Shown here in pieces: positions 1 through 12,684 of a DNA stretch of 64,000 bases (position 1 is the stretch's first letter; each line of letters starts with the position of its first letter). Below the pieces are notes generated by a model that saw nothing but the letters and a program-made list of their open reading frames with translations, did no database searches and was not told the origin of the DNA. Source of the DNA: Yuukianura sp. NJ FZ-2021 (taxonomy: Eukaryota). A program made the translations under genes and the position numbers. The stretch lies in assembly GCA_046563655.1 (NCBI GenBank), contig CM102289.1, forward strand, positions 7,192,001 to 7,256,000. Direction: 5' to 3'.

Positions 1-135
1 GCTCTCTGTCTATCGTCCTACGAATGTGAAGCAGCAGACAATGCACAGGAGAAGGAACGCCTCAAGTATTTGCGAAATGAAGGCAACGCCAAAAAACTTT
101 TTTCAGGCAGTACGGAAAAAGAGGATCTCAAATAG
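1..135 (+). CDS. Possible 3' end of an upstream gene (ALCLSSYECEAA...EKEDLK*)
   Basis: Open frame from base 1 to TAG at 133-135, followed by AT-rich UTR-like sequence with AATAAA near 365. No recognisable domain. Confidence 0.3.
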   Translation, partial: ALCLSSYECEAADNAQEKERLKYLRNEGNAKKLFSGSTEKEDLK

Positions 136-843
136 TTGTGTCAAAAATTTGGATTTCAAAAACTTAGAAACTGGAGGATTTTGAAATTTACAACAATATT
201 TGTCTACCCTTGCACCTTCTTCTTTTGGAACTGCTTTTTTAAATTGATGTTCACAGTAATTATTTCAATGACAAACTGTCTAGTCACTTAAACTGGTTGG
301 TTACCCAGCACTAAGGTTAACCTTTTACCAAAACATTTCAAGGTTTGATGTTCACTGTATTCTGAATAAAAATTTATTCAACTTAAACATTTAACAAAGT
401 ACTATTATTTGTTTCTATAATGATTACTTTAATATTTGCTTTGGTTGTAAAGTAGTAACGATAGCAGGTACAAAGGCATTTGGTTGCATACGAATCTATT
501 GAACAAAAAATTATGAAGGTTATCAACAACTAGGAATCCACTGTTTGAATTTTAAATCCTTACACGCTTGCTGTATTCAAAAGTTCAAATCTCCCTAACA
601 TTTAAAAACAACATTAGTTGAACACAAAACCTAAACTAATCGGTAAAATAATCGAGCCTAACTTCCCAACTTTAAAAACTAATTATGCTCAATGTAGTTA
701 ATCTTGCCTAATTAAGTCAAAAGACCTTTTGGAAAAATTATTTTGGGTAGACTCGACTACTGTAGTAAAATTTGAAAAACAAAACGGAGCATACACAAAT
801 ATTTCTAAAAACAGAACTTTTCTAGAGTTCATTAGACTACGTG

Positions 844-2415
844 ATGGTCCAGTTTAACACATTAATACTGTTCTGCTTCACGGCTGTTCAACTTACTGAT
901 CATCAACATTTTCTCAAAGGTAACCCGTTAATTAGTTGTTAAATTTTTAATTATTTTTAGTTTATTTTTGAAAAATAGTGTGGAGACATAAAAGCTATTG
1001 CTCTTTATATATTTACAGTCAAGCACGTTGGACACAATTTGCTCAGCGTCGTTAGTCGCAGTGAATACGCATGCGTAAGAAAAAGATGTCGCATTGCTAT
1101 AATTTCTGACCATAGTGATCCAGCGTTAGAAGAACTTGGGACAGAGGGGGCTGGAGGTCAAAATGTTTACGTGCGACAATTTGGGGAGCATTTGTCGCAA
1201 CTCGGCTGGGACGTTGATATGTTCACACGGCAGTGGCGGAAACAGCCGAGGATTGTTCGTCATAATCCGAATTGTCGGACGATTAGACTTAGAGCTGGTC
1301 CGTTTGAAAATATACATCGAGATATTCTACTACCTCATATGGACGAATTCTTAAAGTCATTTCTACACTTTCAAGGGCAAAATAATGTTACATACGATGT
1401 GATTCATACAAACTACTGGTTGTCAGGAGTCGTCGGGGTCAAGGTCAAGCACATTTCCCCTTCAATACCGCTTGTGCATGTGTTTCACTCTTTAGGAAAG
1501 GTCAAGGACAATTGGCTTCAAGGTCAAAGGTCATCAAGAACAAATATTTCAGTTCATACGGGTACCAACGAGAGAATTGAAGCTGAACAAAAGATACTGG
1601 ATGAAGCCGATTTGATAATTGCTACCAGTCCTCATGAAGCGCAAGATTTTGAACGCCATTATTCAACATCAAAGTTCAGAAAAAATGTTGTCGTGGTTCC
1701 AGCGGGGGTGAACTTGGATCACTTTGGGGTCACGGGGTCACGTGACACAAAAATTCAAGCCCGCGAAAAGCTTAGCTTAAACCCAAATTCAAAATTGGTT
1801 CTTTACGTAGGAAGATTTGACCGCCGAAAAGGCATTGACGTACTGGTTGAAGCGATTAGCCAATCAGCGTTCCGCGATGACCCGAACTTTCAACTTGTGA
1901 TTGCAGGCGGAACGACTGAGGGAATGGCAGACGAAGTTGAATTCAAACAAATACGAAGATTAGTTCATCAAAGAGACATGCAGAATTCTACAAAGTTTCC
2001 CGGACGCTTGACCTTAGGTCAACATAATCAATCGCTTCAAAATTGGTACGCCGCTGCCGATGTTCTCGTTGTACCGAGTCAGTATGAACCTTTTGGTTTG
2101 GTTGCAATAGAAGGAATGAGCATGGGAGTTCCAGTTGTAGCGAGTCGAATTGGCGGTCTACAGAGTACCGTTCTGCACAACGAAACCGGTTTTCTTGTTG
2201 ATCGGGGAGATTTTACCGGTTTTTCGAACAGAATTGACCAAATTTTAAAAAATCCCGGGCTGGGAGCCAAGCTTGGAAAAGCGGGAAGAGACCGAGTTGA
2301 AAAACATTTTTCTTGGAAAATTGTTACGGAAGAAATCGATCGACAACTACGGAAGCTCATATTAAGAAGAGGAAAAAAGCCAAATGACTGTGCAATTCAA
2401 TTTTGTCAAGCTTAA
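844..2415 (+). CDS. GT4 glycosyltransferase resembling cyanobacterial single-domain sucrose-phosphate synthase / MshA family; two exons (844-919, 1019-2415)
   Basis: Motifs IAIISDHSDP..GAGGQNVYVRQ..GWDVDMFTR, HTNYWLS, HSLG, YVGRFDRRKG, PSQYEPFGLVAIE. ATG at 844, donor AAG|GTAACC at 920 and acceptor TTTACAG| at 1018 splice in frame (phase 1) to the 1039-2415 ORF. Confidence 0.85.
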
Positions 2416-2508
2416 TTTTAATTAACGGTGATTTTAATTACTACTCATAAATAAGTACGTGTTATATTAAGTAATTTTAGTATATGTTGACTCATACTGT
2501 TCAGTATA

Positions 2509-5500
2509 TTAATTGTAACCGATGCAACTTTCAATCTTGTGTGGAGCACATATCTTACTTTTTTGATGTGCTTTTTTGATTGTCTTCGGTCCTGTCACAG
2601 TTGATGTAGCACGGATTCTCCTGCGAGCAAAAATAATGTAAATTTTGAATTTGAAAATTAAACTTTGAAATTTTGAAGAAAATGTATTTAAGACAAGTAC
2701 AATTTTACGACGAGCCGGTTTTGGTGGGATTTGCAATCTTCGTTCCTCGTCGGTCATTTCATCCAAAGTGGCAATTGGTGGATTCAGTTTTGGCAGTGGA
2801 GGAAGATCTCCCTTTGTCGACTGAGGCTTCTTAGGTGGAAGGCGTGGTGGGACCAGGGGTGGTGGCTCCAATTCTGAGCAACCTTGGGATGGCGGCTCTG
2901 CACTTTTGCCTTGTCGAATTCCGTTCTCAACCGCCATTGCACCCGTCGATTCTTCCTTTTCTAATTGTTGCCGAAGAAACAAGTAGTCTCCGGAATATTG
3001 ACTTTCTCTTTGGCTAGCATTGCTATTTCGGGATTGACCTTGACTTTGACGTTGACCTGCACCCAAATCTGCTTCGGTGCGTCGTTTACGCAGAAAACTT
3101 AAGTCGGGACTTCCAACTTCACTTTCTTCTAAAACGTTTGTCAGTGAAGAAGATTTTCGTCTTGGAGTGTAAAACGTAGAATTTGAAGTAGGATAGTTGA
3201 ACCCGCAAGCTAGAAAAATTACAGTTTATGATGTTTTTCCAATTAGTTTTTGAAACGAGTTTTTCAAGTTTTTCAAAATTTCAATTTTGGCTTCTTTGGA
3301 CTTACGCGATGGGAGTGTCGGCGTGGTAAGTTCGGAGGAAGACGAAGAGGAAGATGAATCTTCGCTGTTTCTTAATCCAGCGTTTGAAATTTTCTTCCTT
3401 GCTGTAATTTAAAAGTAGAATTCAAAAATTGCTTCATTTGAATTGTTCGGATTTTTTTTTAGAAAATCCAAAATCTAATATTTTTTTTTTAAGTTTTACC
3501 TCGTCTGAGCCCGTTAATGACTCTGTTCATGAATCCAGGTTCCTTGTTTGTGTTTCTTTTCATTTTACCTTGAATCTCAAAATACTTTTCTCTCAAATCT
3601 TCCAATGCCTTTTGGTTCTCTTCGTTGAGGACCAGAAACTCTGGAGAACGATTCAGCATCAACAATTCCTGTTCAATTTGTTCCCGCGTTTTATTTTCAG
3701 TTAAGAGCGCATGCTCCATGATTTTAAGCAACTCTTTGTCCAAAGCGTCCAGTTCAACACCCATTGCCTTTACGTCATTGGTTGAAGTAGAAGGAGAAGT
3801 TGGACCTGGAAGCACTTCTTCATTTGGAACCGGTGACGGTAGTCGTGGAACCCGTGTTCGTTCTGGTGTCGGTAATCTCGGTACCGGTTGGTTGTACTCT
3901 TCCGGGGCAAGTTGTTGATCTGAAACCGGTACGCGTGGAACCGGACGGGGGTAGCACACATCTTCCTCGTCACTCGTCGAATCCCGAATGAGTAATGTTT
4001 GAATCGGGTTTCTGTTGAGTCGTTTAAGAGTGCTCCCAGGAACATAGCCTTCCGGTTTTAGATCAATGTAGTTATCAGCTAGAAGCAAACTAGCAGTACC
4101 ATCTCCCTTCTGAACCAGTACAGGAGCTTGAACTTCGCGCGGTGGAGGCGGAACTTCGTAAAACAAAACAGGGCGCGGATTTGGCGGTACGCAGTATTGG
4201 CTTTGCTGTGGACTATCTTTTCTTTCGGGTAAAACCGGGGGCAAAACGAGTTGGATGTTAATGTATTCAAGTTTGGCTTCTTCACCGTCAGCCGAGTCCG
4301 GTTCTTCTTCCGGAATAGTATCGTTGGTAGTAGTTTCGGTTCGACTCGGAACCTCTGGAGCATCGGAATTCGAAGCAGCTTCGGCGTTGGGTTGGACCGA
4401 GGTTGCTACTCCTGTACGTCTACAACTTGTAACTGGCTTAATCGCTTCCCAAATGTAACCAATTGACTCATATTCTTTAAAAATTTGTCCAACTGTGGCA
4501 TCGTGACCTCGTCTCTCGGCCATTTCCGAGGGCGTCTCTCCGTATTGATTAGTTGCTTCGACGGAGTTGAGTCCATCTTCAGTAGCTAACATAGATACGG
4601 CAGTTTCTTTCAACCCATAGTACGCTGCAAAATGCAGAACCGTAGGCAGCAGGTCCTCTGAAACATCCAAGGGCAAGTGACTCAGAAGGAAAATTGCAAA
4701 TTTCAAAATTTTGAAAAAGGAAATCCGTCTTTTTTTTGTGGTTATCGGTTTTGAAATTTTTTGCGATTTGGTAATACATACCTCGCCCATCCAGAAATTG
4801 CTGGAGAAGCAGCAGGCTTTCTACGGTAGAACCCTGACTATACGCTTGTTCGATGGCTCGAGAAATATGATCGTCCAAATATTGTTTGTATCCAGGAAAT
4901 TTCTGAAAATTTTTGTCAAAACTTCCATTTTTCTTGCTTTTTAAAAATTTGATTTATTAGAAACAGAAATTAGTACCAAAATCATTTGATCGATTGGATC
5001 ATCACTGTTTGCTTCTCTTGTTCCAACTATAAACGGAGCATCAATTTTCAAAATTGAGTTCTGCGATGCAGATGGCGACAGATTTTCTTTACAAAAAATT
5101 AAAATAAGGATTTCAGAACTTCGATTTTTTTAAAACTGCGTTACCTGGAATCTGAACTGTAGTGGAGTACACATCGTCTCCTTTTCTAAGTTCGATTTTT
5201 AAAACATCCGATGGACCAACGGCTTCATTGAGCTTGATTGTAATCGTTTCCGTTCCTTCGTCAGATCTTGTACACAAGAGAAGTGGTTTGACACAGGATG
5301 CGTGACGTCGTCGTCGTTGCGGTTCGTCCGGCGCAGCTTCAACTGCGGTGTTCCCAGCACTAAATGCCGAATCTAACCGTGGATGTGGAATTCTAGATTC
5401 ATAATGTCTGGCTCGTCTGTTGTAACTTTGAATCACAAACTCTCGAAATGTTGTGGAAAACATAGCGTCAATTTTGGGTCTGTTTGTCCTCAGTTCAAGA

Positions 5501-6037
5501 ACGTTCCAGTCCATAATGTGTGGAAAAACTGAAACCATGAACAAGTTTTTTAAAAATTCGCAGTGGGCAGTGATTTTAAAAAATTACGGTTTGCATGGCT
5601 TCGGTAGACGTCTTCGGATGTTAGTCCTGTGAGAATGCAAATGACATCAGTAGAGTGAAGGACTCTGTTCAAATGTAGTTGACAGTAGTTCCTCCTTCCA
5701 GAATTTCTGAGTACGTCCAGAAACGCATGCGTGACTATAAGAATCTGAACTTTGGCTTTTCGAATGGTAACGGCAACGGTATTGTGACAAACTTCCAACA
5801 AATCGAAAGATTGAACCCTAGATTTATAACAATAATGGATTAAAGATGAGTTAAAGTATGTTAACGTTGATTTCTTCCGTAGAATAGCAATAGGTTGGGT
5901 TAAAACAAATGTTACCGCAGTGAAACGTTTCCAACGTCTCCCCTGTTGATCGAATCCAAACAATGTAGCACAGTTCGTTCTGCATTTTCACTAAAAATGC
6001 TACCTTTGCAGCTAACAATCACAACTTGAACGTCCAT
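2509..6037 (-). CDS. PIK3AP1/BANK1/Dof (stumps)-like signalling adaptor, multi-exon
   Basis: N-terminal TIR-like segment, ankyrin region LPTVLHFAAYYGLKETAVSML..NQYGETPSEMA, Pro-rich tail with tyrosine motifs (YINI, YCVPP, YEVPP). Exon ORFs 5550-5963, 5113-5544, 3489-4790, 2509-3066. Exon boundaries are approximate. Confidence 0.7.
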
Positions 6038-6559
6038 TTTCTATTTTTTTTAAACTGACTAACTATAGGAAAATATTTTTAATTTAGTTAGTAATTCAGA
6101 TTTGTGATAATTCAATAACTTTTCCTTTGCTTTGTGCTAAAAATCGTTTAACAATGTTTATTTTATTTAATTAATAACATTTAGATGTAAAACTAAGAGC
6201 TAAAAGAAATTTGATTTAGTGTGGTACGTGTAGTTTACTGCTTGAATGAAATATTGAAACTGATTACATTTTGATTTGCCGATTTCGAATTTGATTCGCC
6301 TCCAGGCACCCGGAATTGACGAAAACCACAGAAAATGTTTTTAAAAATAAAATTTCCTGTAAACATGACGTAGTTTTGAATGAACAAAACTGAAACAAGT
6401 TTGTGGCTGACGAAGTTTTACAAAGTTAAACGAGAAGTGTATCAAAGCCACTAACTCAGCTATCTCTAATTTTAGAATATTAAAATGACGTAAAACGCGC
6501 AATGTATAAAAAAAATGGAAACGTTGAAGTGACATGCTAACTTTTTTTTTGGTTTTTAC

Positions 6560-7934
6560 AGTATGTACATCTTAATTTCTTTGAGCTGTCCGATCTCAAA
6601 TTTTTGCAAAAATTCCTTGTCGTTGGGAATTGCATGAGTAGAATACGCCTCCTCCAAATGCATGTACACATCTGCGCATCGCTGAATAAGCTTCTCAAAA
6701 TTTTCATTTACTTGTCGTCGAATGTTTTCAACCTAAAAAAAATTGAAATCAGAGAAAAACTATTTTTGGCTTCTTTCTTGTTTTTTTAAATTTTTACCAT
6801 TTGGAAAAGTGTAGTTTTCTTCTTTGCAATTCGTTTGTTCTGCCATATTACCCACGGAAGAAAATTCGAAATGGAATCTGCGTGGTGCTCTAAAAATCTT
6901 GGAATTTTAAATAGCTTCAAATCGGCAATTGGAAATTTTTCTGAAAAATTCTCAGGCTCAGAGACCACAATGCTTTTAGCAGTATCAATAACTGTATCAA
7001 TGAAGGTTATGAATAGTGAGCAATCTTCATCTCTCCTCGTTTCTTCATAATATAACTTTTGAAACAGTTGGCGCAATTGAAACAGTGCTGAGTATTTGAA
7101 CTTCGATTGTTGCTGATTTTCACGCCTTGTCAATTTGATTCCAGAATGATGTAGCCTCAAAATGGATTCCATGAGTTCTGGTGGCCTGTTAATAACAGCC
7201 AGTACAGTATCATTCATCATCGTCTGTAGTACCTTTTTCTGAAAATTCAAACCAAAACTGAATTCAAACCAAAATTTTGAAAAAATGACTTTGAAGAAGG
7301 CGTTGAAAAAAGCGAAACACAATTTTATACCTTTTGCGAAATTTCAGCCGATAGTTGACGCAGAATGTCAAACGAATTTTTCCAGATTTGTGCCAAAAGT
7401 TGTTTGTGTTGTTCTCGTGAATAACTGTTGGTTAAATTTGCCACGTAACTACCATTGGCCATTTCATCAACTTGGTCTAGCTGTTTGTGTAAATTGTCCA
7501 ATGCTTTTTCCAGGTCGACTCCAAACCACGTCTTTTCATTCCTCAAAAATTGAATGTGTGCATCAACCTTCAAAGCAGAAGAAAGTCATACATGGTTAGC
7601 TTTCCAAAATTAAAGACTTAATTCGTGATCTAAATTTGTATAATTTTGACGCGGCGTTCAATTTTCGATTTCAATTTCAGATTTTGCATTTTTCTGAACC
7701 TACCTTTGAATTCGCATCGACAAGTAGATTGTAAAGTTTGACTGTATTATTTAAGTCATGCACTATCTCTTTATTGTACGAATTGATACCGTACAGAATG
7801 CAAAAAATCACGATCATAATTCTTTGAGTCAGGCGCTTAATATTAGTTTTGAACAAAAAACAAAAGTAGAAAGTGTTCAGAAAAAGGAAGGTATTGAACA
7901 AAAACTCGCGCGAAGACATCCTTTGAACCTCCAT
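6560..7934 (-). CDS. Uncharacterised multi-exon protein
   Basis: Consecutive minus-strand ORFs (7677-7934, 7325-7573, 6786-7322) separated by short AT-rich intron-like spacers. No recognisable domain; ends are uncertain. Confidence 0.45.
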
Positions 7935-8613
7935 TGTTCCTAACTGACGGACTAACCCAGGAACAGTTTGTCAAACTGGCATCTTTATTTTCTCTTAGAA
8001 TTCGAATCGAAATGTAAACAACCCACAAAATGTAATACAAACAATTGAGGCAATATGAGTCATTTGCTGAGACTACGAAAAGTTTAAAATAAACTTGACA
8101 AAAAGAAAGTAATAAAATCCAAACTTAAATATTAAATGACTCTATTCTGTATGTCTATTTGATTTTTTTTTCAAAACTTTGTTTAAAAAGCATTCTAGTT
8201 AAAAAAAACATCGATTTTGCGGGGTTTCAAAATAGATTCAAAATGTTTATAATTTTAAATTAACGTTTTTTTTCAAATTTTCCCAAACTTAAGCTAGGTA
8301 AAATTGACACTTGAATTTGTTTAAACTGCTGCTATTGTCAGTTCTCCAATAAGCTTATCACTGTCTGAAACAAACATTTCGTACATAAAGCTGTTCACAG
8401 AATACGTATGTTTATTTAATATTAAGCGAAATGACAATTGAATTCCTAGTTGGTAATAATAACTGTTTGGCAATGTAAACTTGGATGTTAAATTGGTAAT
8501 TTTAAAAGAACTTTGTTATGACTGCCAAGAAATTCAATCACATAACTGGTGATGAATTTAAGTATCAACATTCAACAAAATTTCCAGTGAAGATATTAAC
8601 TTAAACAGGAAAT

Positions 8614-10262
8614 TCATTGAAAGCATGCCTGGATTTCCTCTAAACTTTTTCCTTTTGTCTCTGGAACCGTAAAATATATTGAAACGAATCCGATAAAACA
8701 AGCAATTGCATAAATCCAGAAGCACCAATATATTCCAAGTGCCGCAGCAACAGTGTCGTAGGACTTCGTTACAAGAAAAGCACTAAGCCAAACCAGCATT
8801 GTTGCGATTGATGAGCAAGTACCTGAAACAACCAAAAGGTCAAAGGTCAAACTAATATTTCAGTAAATTGGAACATTATTCCTCGAAAAGTTGTAGAACT
8901 GACCTTTGACATTTGGCGGCAAAATTTCCGCCATTAGTGTCCAACTCAACGGTCCAATTCCTATGCTAAACGCTACAATAAAAATGAGCATTCCAGCTAA
9001 AGGGATCCACCTTATGTAATCCAAGTAAGGCGGTTCTGGTGGTTGAGACAAGTAGAAAAATGTGCCCATAGCAACTAAACTTCCTCCCATGACAATTTGT
9101 GGCCCAAGAAGTAAAACACGACGACCAAGCAGATCCACCATAATAGACGATCCAATTGTGGCAATTACTTGAACAATGCCGACAATTACACTGGACAAGT
9201 TTTGATCCAATGACGTCCGAGCTTCGCTAAAAATTTCTCCGGCATAGAATATAAGGGCATTGAATCCACTAATTTGTTCAAACACCATTAGAGATAGAGA
9301 AACTGCCAGAGGTTTCAGTAGCTGACCTTGCATGAGGTCAGTAACTTTTGTACTCTGCGCACGAGCTTCAGCAACACTTTCAGCCAAAGCTGTCAATTCC
9401 AAGTCGATTTCTGAATGGTGCGAACCAGATTTAGAGCCTTTGAGCCACTTAAGTGACTTTTGACAGTCATCCAGTCTTTCTTTTTGTACAAAGTATCTTG
9501 GAGATTCCGGAATCAACGGAATCATAACAAACATTATACATGGAATGCTGCCGCTCAAATAGGCCAAGTATCTCCAATTCAAAAGACTTCCGAAAACATA
9601 CCTGAAAAAACGGAAACGTTTTAATTTCACTAAGAAATTTTAGTCGAAAAGTAAAAAGTTACGTGAAAAGTATTCCAGTGACGAGCATCAGTTGAAATAG
9701 TGAGAGAAGCGTTCCGCGAATATTGTTGTCCGAAATTTCTGAAATGTAAACCGGAGCAATCAGACTGAATGCCCCACCAGCAAATCCAGTTAAAAAACGT
9801 CCAAGAAGCAGAAGCCAAAAGTCTGGAGCTAGACCAATCAGAATCCATCCTAAGATGAACGGAACGCAGTAAACCGCCATACTCCTCTTGCGTCCGAAAA
9901 TGTCAACGGACATTCCCGCTAATGGTGACACGACCAAGGCACCCAACATTGCAATCGACGCAATCCAAGATGTCGCTTCAACTGATAGTGTCGCTCTACT
10001 GCCCCCTGTCATGTTTCTGATTGGTCCAAACGTTTCATCAATTTGTATTAACGGAAGTGCTGGAGAAGTATAGGCAAGGACGGTGCCGAGACTAAACACA
10101 CCAATTGTAGCTACAAAAACGTTTACAATTGCAACATGAAAAAAAAAGCTCACTTTGAAAAATCGTTTTGACAAACAAATACTATTTAGCTTTACCAATG
10201 CAAGACGCAAAAGACTGATGAATAACTCCCAACGTCTTAGACGGTAAGCTGTTTTCGTCCAT
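8614..10262 (-). CDS. Facilitated trehalose/sugar transporter, Tret1-like (MFS sugar porter)
   Basis: Motifs DIFGRKRS, VYISEIS...RG, PESPRY, QISGFNALIFYA, DLLGRR, PETKGKSLEEI; four exons, ATG at 10262. Confidence 0.92.
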
Positions 10263-11005
10263 TTCGAAATTCAGCGGCAACTTGGGTACGGAAACCAATA
10301 TTTGTTTTGCTGGACGTAGCAAGACTGTTCTTTTAGTATAACAAGTGAATGAACATTAACTGAACGCAAGGATAATTTTTTATTTTCTCATTACTATAGT
10401 TTCAAGTTAATATTTTTCCAGTGATGGCAATTTTCTAACTAGAAGGTGTAAGTGTTAATTAGCACCGACGTAACACACTCAGCTATACTTAAATACAGTA
10501 ACACGCCTAAACTAAAATCAATGTTAATTTTAATACTTTATACGTATAGTCTATGTCTAATTGACTTCCAGCGTCATTAAGTGCATAGTAGCAACTTTTC
10601 AGTTTAAATAATGTCCAAACATAAGGAAAATATTCCAATAATGCGTTTAGAAAATTTGCAAGTCAAATTCTAACTGACTTGAATTTGGCCAAAGTTGTTT
10701 TTTTTACTCGTCCGTTCTACATGTTTTCAACTAGAATTCGTGCTAATTTGAAAAAAATTTTGAAATATGGCTTATATGAATCTTTATTGTCAAAAATACA
10801 ATGCGAGTACCAGATCAATTGCCTATCAACTGCTATTTTCAACCCAAATTGATTAGCTACACTTCACAGTTAGTAATCCTAATCTAAAACATCACAAGTT
10901 AACTCCCTTGTTTAATCTTGATAATATGTCATGGTTTGGCATAAAACCCACTTCAACATCCAGAAAAAATGAGCCTAGGCATTCTCTCTTCGCAAAACTT
11001 CGAAA

Positions 11006-12477
11006 ATGGCTTTCAACATAGCAATTTTAGTTACTTTTCTGGCGTCTCTGACCGGAACATTCGCCGCCATCTTTGAAACGGCTCCAAATTTCTTTGGGCA
11101 GCTCTACATCACGCAAGACTCTCCACGCGGTTTATTCGTCGACGAATCAGGCGACCTTCTGTCCCTAAGTAAAGGACCAAGAGCTATTCTTGCAATTACT
11201 GAAATTGTTGAAGACGATGGCACAGTTAGCCTCCTGGAATCTGACCTTGTCAATGGCCGTACTTATGGAATTGGTCTCAACCACGCCGTGATCCACCATC
11301 AAGGTTACTTGTACGCTTCTAGTGATACTGCCGTTTACCGATGGCCGTATGTCGCTGGGTCACATGACCTTGGACCCCACGTTCCTGCCGAAACCGTCAT
11401 CAACAACATGGCTGGCGGTGGGCATATCACCAGAACACTCGCATTTGATAATCAAACGATGATGCTCTACATTAGCATTGGATCCAACGCTAATATTGAT
11501 CCAGATTCCTCACGAGCAAGAATCCGAAGATTCGATTTGTCTAATAACGCCGTGCTTCCAATTGATTTTGAAACAGGAGAGGTACAGTGCCTCGACATTA
11601 CAAAAAAAATGACTATCTTTGCGTATAGTAAAACTGGAGTGTTTTTGGCAAATTTGAAATGTTAATTTAGCACTACTTGAATCCGATTACATCACTTTTT
11701 GCTAAAAATTGTTGCAGGTTTATGCTGATGGGCTTCGGAACGAAGTTGGAATTGCGTTTGACCTGAGTGGAGTGCTCTGGGGGGTTGAAAACGGCGGGGA
11801 TAACTTGTACCGTGAAGATTTGGGAGGCGACATTCACAATACAAATCCGGCAGAAGAGTTGAACCGGTTTGACGGTCCGATCGGTACTCATTATGGCTAC
11901 CCGTACTGTTTCAGTACCTACACTCTGGATGGCTATGAACCACTTACACAATTTGCATGGCCAGACAGCATGAACGACGGAGTTCACGATGACGCCTGGT
12001 GCAAAGATGTCAACAACGTAAGAAACATAACTCAACTTTTTCAATAATCTGTCAAAATTGAAAAAAAAATGTGTTTTTTAGAACCGCAAACCCCATCTTG
12101 GTATGCCTGCTCATGCTGCACCTTTGGGCATCGCATTCTACGATGGACAAGGCTGTGACACTGTTCCAGGAGCCTTTCCTTGTGACATGATCGGAGACGC
12201 TTTTGTGGCTTTGCACGGTTCCTGGAACACTGATAACGAGAAAGTCGGTTACAAAGTCATCCGGCTTCCATTTACAAAAACAGTACCGTCTTTGCCAACT
12301 GGAGAACAGTTGGATATCATCTACGAACCGGACGTGTCGAATTGTCGGGACTGTTTCCGACCAGTGAATGCCGTTTTCAACAAGAATGGTCACATGATTG
12401 TTTCATGTGACTCGAGCGACGAATTGTTCAAAGTCACTTATGGAACAGAACCTGCTCCAATCAAATCTAGAAAGTGA
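11006..12477 (+). CDS. Secreted PQQ-dependent sugar dehydrogenase-like beta-propeller (L-sorbosone dehydrogenase / AA12-like); exons 11006-11581, 11718-12017, 12082-12477
   Basis: Signal peptide MAFNIAILVTFLASLTGTFA; motifs GSNANID, GLRNEVG, NPAEELN, HYGYPYC, HAAPLG, HGSWN, FRPV; two clean phase-0 GT-AG introns. Confidence 0.85.
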
Positions 12478-12684
12478 TTAGATTTGAGAAGCTCTTAAAA
12501 GAACTTTTTGAATGCATTTTCAAATCATATCAAAGGTTTTGATAAAAGTAAATTTAACCTCATGCAACATCGTTCAAAATTACTTGTTTGGTAGCTGTTA
12601 TTTCCAACGTGAAGTTTTACTCTGTAAACACTTGTGCTCTAAATTCGAATTTGAATATTTGAGTTTGTTTTTTTGGAATTAAAA

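Noticed and set aside
1039..2415. Bacterial contamination or chimeric assembly as the explanation for the GT4 gene
   Set aside because: It has an in-frame upstream exon with a canonical GT-AG intron, AT-rich flanks like the host, and an immediately adjacent intron-rich animal gene.
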